A stretch of DNA of 64,000 bases from Amphiscolops sp. MND2022 (taxonomy: Eukaryota). The translations under genes were made by a program, and so were the position numbers. This document shows, in pieces, positions 59,150-64,000 of the stretch. How positions within the stretch are numbered: the first letter of the stretch is position 1; the number at the start of each line of letters is the position of its first letter. The notes below the pieces were generated by a model that worked only from the letters and a program-made list of their open reading frames with translations, searched no databases and was not told where the DNA came from. The DNA lies in contig CAXLNC010000480.1 in the NCBI GenBank assembly GCA_964187785.1, positions 186,001-250,000 of the forward strand, written 5' to 3'.

Positions 59150-62100
59150 TTGTTTGCCCACAGTTTCTAATTATAGTGACTGTTGCTCTTCATTTCCCCT
59201 TCTACATTTGGATAGAATTAGTCCAATGAGATTCCGTTGCTGTCCAGATTACTGTTGTGGTCGGAAGACCGTCCACGTCCTGTTTATGGTGTTTCATTTT
59301 TCCGGTGAACAGAATTACGATCTTCCGTGGGATGGTTCGTCTGGTGATGTGAGCGGTTTACTGGTTTTCTTCGCTATTCCGCTCCAGCATTTTTTCTGAA
59401 TGTCTCCGGAAAAGGTGACAGGTTGAGACGTTTTGCGGTGCTCGCTGTTAACATTTCGCTTGACCGGATCGTTTAGTCTAACGATTGAGTTAGTTTTTGC
59501 TAGTATTCTCGAATGGCATAGGCTGGTGTCTTCTATTTTTTCTGCTTCTTTTCCAATTTCAGTACTTGAGCCTAAGTTGCTTGCTAGTTCTAAATCTCAT
59601 AGGTCAAGTTTGTTTTCTTCTTCCATTTCAATAGTATTAAAGGTTAACTTACCGTTATTGTCTTTAAGTTGGAGTATTTTTCCTGCGTCTTGTGTCTCGC
59701 TTTGATTTGGTCTATGTCGGAATCCGACATTTTGTCGGTATTTATTATTAGCGGCCTCAGTTGTCTGTTTGTGTTTTGCTCAAACCCGGGCCTCTTTTTT
59801 GGTGTTGTTGAGGTTGTACGGCTTCTGTTTAGCCCCGGCCTCCCTCTGCTTATGGTTTTCGGACTTTTTGATGGCCGGTGTTTCTGGGCTGGTGTCCGTT
59901 GGTTTGTCTTGTAATGGGGCTTTTTCGAGAGATATTGTTGCTGTTGCTGCTGTGGCCGGGTCGTTTTTCCGGGCAAATCTTCCGCCTGGCATTCTTGGTT
60001 CAGTGCCCCTGTTAGATTGTTCCTGTTCAAATGTTTTACCTTGTTTACAAATCAGTTTACCGTGAACTGTCCTGTCATCTGACGTGGTTACGGTGTGATT
60101 TGTTCCCGTAACTGCCGTTTCTAGCTGGTATGAGTTTCAAATTTTGTTTTGTTGTTTTTACGTTCGGAATATTTCCACAGGTACTTACTCAAAGTCTTTG
60201 TTGTATTTCTTTTTTGTTCAATTATCAAACAGCCGGAGCTACCGCCTTCTCCACTGAATGTGTATACTTGCAGGCTTTCTGGATTTGCTTGAAAGGAATG
60301 GTTTTCAAAGTTTTTGTTAGCTTTTTTAGGTTATCAATTTTTTGCAAATTGCTCAGTTCGGTGTTCGGTTCACTACGAAAATGTAGCTCAAATGCTGATT
60401 GCTTTATTCGGGTGTGCGGGGTGGTTCGCATTACTCCTAAAGCTACCTCAAGTGCTTTCCCGATCGATTCTCCTGCTTAGATATTCGTGAGTTAGTTCTC
60501 CTTTAGGCTTCTTACTCAGCGCTCTACCAGGCCCCGGTTGTGGTATGAATATACGGTGTTCCGTATATTAATGAGATGAAGTTTCTTTTACAAAAGTCTG
60601 TTAAACAGTGACTTGTGAGCGCTGGCGTTTTGCGGGTTCTCATAGTTTGTGGTACTCCATTTAATTGGATGTTTTGTTTTAAAAATTAGCCGTCCGTTGA
60701 GTTGCATTTACTATACCGGTCCATGGAGTTCAAAAAATTAAATTTACGGTTCTCTTCTATGATTGGTTCAATAAACAGTAATTGGATTTCTTCGTTCGAT
60801 GCGCTTAATGGTGATTAGTGGTTTTGTTCCGTATGTTTGATTCAAGGTTCTTACCGGAACGTTTACACGGTATGCAGCTGACGCATTTTCTTTGGATGGC
60901 TTCTGTGAGTTTTGATCACCAGAAGTGCTCGTCGCCAGCGTCATTTTGTTGATGGCGGGGTGCCCTTTGTGTAATAGGGTGATAACGGTTGTGCGTAAGT
61001 TTGAGGGGACAAAAATTTTATCTTCGAAGAATTCCAGTCCGTACCTTGTTGAAAGCTTTTTTTGTGCTGGCTGTATTTCCCGGGACTGTTTTCGTATTTT
61101 TGTCTTTTCGGGACATACGAGGGTTTTGAGGAGCTCCGGGTCATTGGTGTTCTTTGTCATTAAGACTGGAGATCAGTCGCAAAATCTTCCTCGTTCTCCC
61201 TGACGGTGTTTTCATGACCGCAATTGTTTGGTTCAATTGCTTAAATTCGTGGATCGTGTCCTATTTTTTACTGCATGCCTTTTAGGCCAATATAAATGAT
61301 CCAGTTGATGATTGTTATCTGTAGTACTGACGGTGCAATCTAAGAATTGCTTGAAATCTCGCCCTCGTCCATTGGCATTTCGAATGGAATTACCCTCGAT
61401 GTGCTCGGTTGATTCGGATTTCTGGGAATGAAACCTCCTTCGAAGTTCCGTGCATCGGTAAATTGCCAGTCTGGGAAGTAATCTGATTTTTGTTGCTGAG
61501 AGTATGGCCGGTTTCTGAATTTCTAGATTAATGTTTTCTAATCTGCCGATCATTTTTGACAGTAACTATTATTATCTATTATTCTGACATCTATTATTCT
61601 TCTTTTGCCGCGAAAATTTTTTGGTGGGGGTTTTTTTCCACTTGCCGTTCGACGATCTGTAAACTTCCGGCTTCACGATGTTTCGCCATCCTTCTAGCAA
61701 GGCCGTAGTTTCTTGAGTTTGGTACAATCTTGCAAAATTGTCAATTGTTTTGGCGTCCATTGTAATTGATTGACTTTCGAGCTCGTTGCTCTTTGCCTGG
61801 TGCGATCAAACCTAGTAATGGCGTTTTGCTAACGTGTGTTGTCTGATGACCGCTGTTTATTTGCTTTCACAGAATAGGAGGATCCGTTCGCGGAAGGTGA
61901 TTGGTTGAAATGGTTGCTAAGGCAACTAAATTTTGAAACGATATCGTAGTGCGTTGCTACGCTGTTACTTACGTACCCTGCGTCGGACGCTCAATCATTT
62001 TGTGGCGAAAAATTCAAGTTATCCGTGAGCGCTAATTGCTTTCCGGCGATATGGTTTACATTTATTGTAAAATTTGCCAATCGGTCACGCCAGAGCGTTA

Positions 62101-64000
62101 GGTGTGCGCTAAAAGTTGTGTTTGATTAGCGATTTTAGTGCTTGGTGGTCCGTGGTAGTTTAACGAACTTTCTGTGAAAATGAAGGCGAAAGTGTTCTGC
62201 TTCCCAGACTACCGCTAGCAATTCCAGTTCGTTAATTGCATTTTTTTGGTATCCGATAGATATTGGCTTGCGAATGCTATCCGTTTTAATTCTCCGTTAT
62301 CTTGTTCTGTCTTTTGTTATTGTGTTCGGACAACTGGAGCAACAAAGTGCCAAAAACGGTATTTTCGTGATTTCGTTTTTAACGGGTTAAATGCTTCGGA
62401 GTGTTCCCTTGTCCAGTTCCAGTTGTTTTTCTTTTTTGAAAAACTGTCTCAATATAACTGTTTGTGCTGACAGATGTTTGATGTACTTAGATAAGTACCT
62501 CATTGCCCCTAAAATGATTTCAATTTTTGAATTCTTGAATTGTTTTCAATTCGTCTTGCAACGGTCTGATTCTGTTTTTGTTCAATTTTATGGCATACCC
62601 ACTCTATTTCGGTTCTGAAAAATTCCGCTTTGTTTTCGCTCAATCTATATCCTGCGTTTTCTAGTCTTGTTAATACTTCAATTAACTAACGTTTGTGTTG
62701 CTCTTACGTTCCTTTTGTGACTACCAATATATCATCTAGCCACGCCAGAAATTTGTTTTCCAGTGTTTCGTCAATCACCTTTTGGAATATGGTCAAAATG
62801 TCCGCCAATCCGTAAAATCTTTTCATGAATAAATAGTATTCGGTAAAGTTACTAACTTTACCGAATACTATGTATTCATGTATGTAGCCCGGGCATTCCG
62901 AATATGCATAGGTCCATTGCGTTTTCTGAAAACAGTATTTGGCCGTTGGCGTAGTCTAGATCAAATTTTGATATTCATATTGGGTCCGTGATATCAACTC
63001 TTCCTAATAAGGCCTTTCTGTTTTTCTTTTAACGGTTATTTTGTTCAGTTTCCGTGAATCTATAGCAATTTTGACCGGTTTATCTTTCTTCACGGTTATT
63101 ACTGACTAAGCAGTGTTCGTTTATGTTTGCTGCTCTTTCTATGCGGCCGTTTTTTTAGTTTTTCTCGTTCTTTACCAACCACTGGCTGCAGATGTATTGG
63201 CTTTTTTGTTGTATTAGTTTGGCGTCCGGGTTTAGTTGAATATCCCTTTCTTTTTCTTTCACTGTTTTAGTTTGGTGAAATACTTTTCTGAAGTTTCTTT
63301 CCACTCAGTTGCAACCGGATCTTCTTGAATACTTTGGTTCTTCTGGTTGGTTTTTTCGGTATCTAGCTTGAATCCAAAGTGTTTCATCCAATCTAATCCG
63401 AGCAATGGGTTCGTGTTTTTTGGTTCTCTGTTGGTTTTGAGGTTCGCCATTGTTTTTCCTTCGAATTTGATCTTGTTGTTGTTCACGTCTCTGTTTTTTA
63501 TGTATTTCGTTTGTAGTGGACGTATTGCCGTGGTTCGGTGGAGCACTTGTTGTGGTATTAAAGTGAACGTTAATCCACTGTCAATTATAAATTTGATTGC
63601 ACGGTCGTAAATCAATGCCGCTATGGTAAAGAATGGTTGTCCGTCATTCGTTTTGTTGTATGGATCATACTTGTTATTAAGTGTGTTTTGTTTTTGGTGA
63701 CCAATCGCCTTCTTCTGCGCAAGTGGCTTCAGATTACGGGTAGATATGTTTCATTTTCCGGTCTGTTCTTTGTTTTGATCGGTACAGTTTTGCTTAGTGG
63801 CTGATGTTTCCACATTTCGTTGATTTTGCCAGGCAACAGTGTTGTTTGTTCCAGTTTTGTGCGCCACATCTGATGCAATTGGCTTTTCTGAATTTGTTTG
63901 GTTTTCCTTTTCTGGTTTATGATAGTTTCTCATTCTGTCCACGTGTTTGATTTTCGTTTCTCCACCGGAATCTTTTTACTCATTCATTTTTTCATACCAG
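59150..64000 (-). mobile_element. pol: Element E: degenerate Gypsy (gag tail, PR, RT, RH, integrase), running off the window end
   Basis: IKFIIDSGLTFTLIP; NPLLGLDW; FYGLADI; AWLDDILV (62731-62742); KIFVPSNLRTTVITLLHKGHPAINKM...CVSCIPC; possible PPT AGAAGGGGAAA|TG at ~59192-59203. Confidence 0.88.
62824..62880. repeat. 57-bp near-perfect palindrome inside element E RT
   Basis: Perfect 18-bp arms TAGTATTCGGTAAAGTTA/TAACTTTACCGAATACTA around a 1-nt loop, extending to 28 bp with one mismatch. Confidence 0.95.

Overview
AT-rich eukaryotic DNA that is almost entirely a nest of decayed LTR retrotransposons. An invertebrate origin, possibly an acoel, is my unverified guess. No prokaryotic genes, rRNA or CRISPR are present. 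The layers, using my own labels, are as follows. Family B is a minus-strand Ty3/Gypsy spanning ~37.1 kb to ~3.4 kb. Its 3' LTR is split by a 17.7-kb Gypsy (element A, 3785-21479, CTC(T) target duplication), its gag is split by a 1.94-kb solo LTR (family D, 33152-35095, 5-bp TSD), and its 3' region holds a BEL/Pao 5' fragment. Family C is a related Gypsy at ~41.4-55.4 kb. A further Gypsy (E) runs off the right end. Two probable host exons survive: a 72-nt coiled-coil exon and a terminal ShKT-domain exon. The main unusual signals are: (1) in families B, C and D the gag ORF starts inside the LTR and reads through the LTR end and PBS, with the terminal LTR 'A' serving as the A of an in-frame ATG (MVTG); (2) B and C carry apparently spliced antisense genes resembling hAT transposase (BED finger, C-terminal dimerisation-like region); (3) A carries an OARD1/TARG1-like macrodomain after integrase and a very large third ORF with an SGNH-fold-like segment, both lacking catalytic motifs; (4) the B LTR appears to contain a whole extra gene. 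All domain calls were made by eye from motifs and need HMM or structure confirmation.
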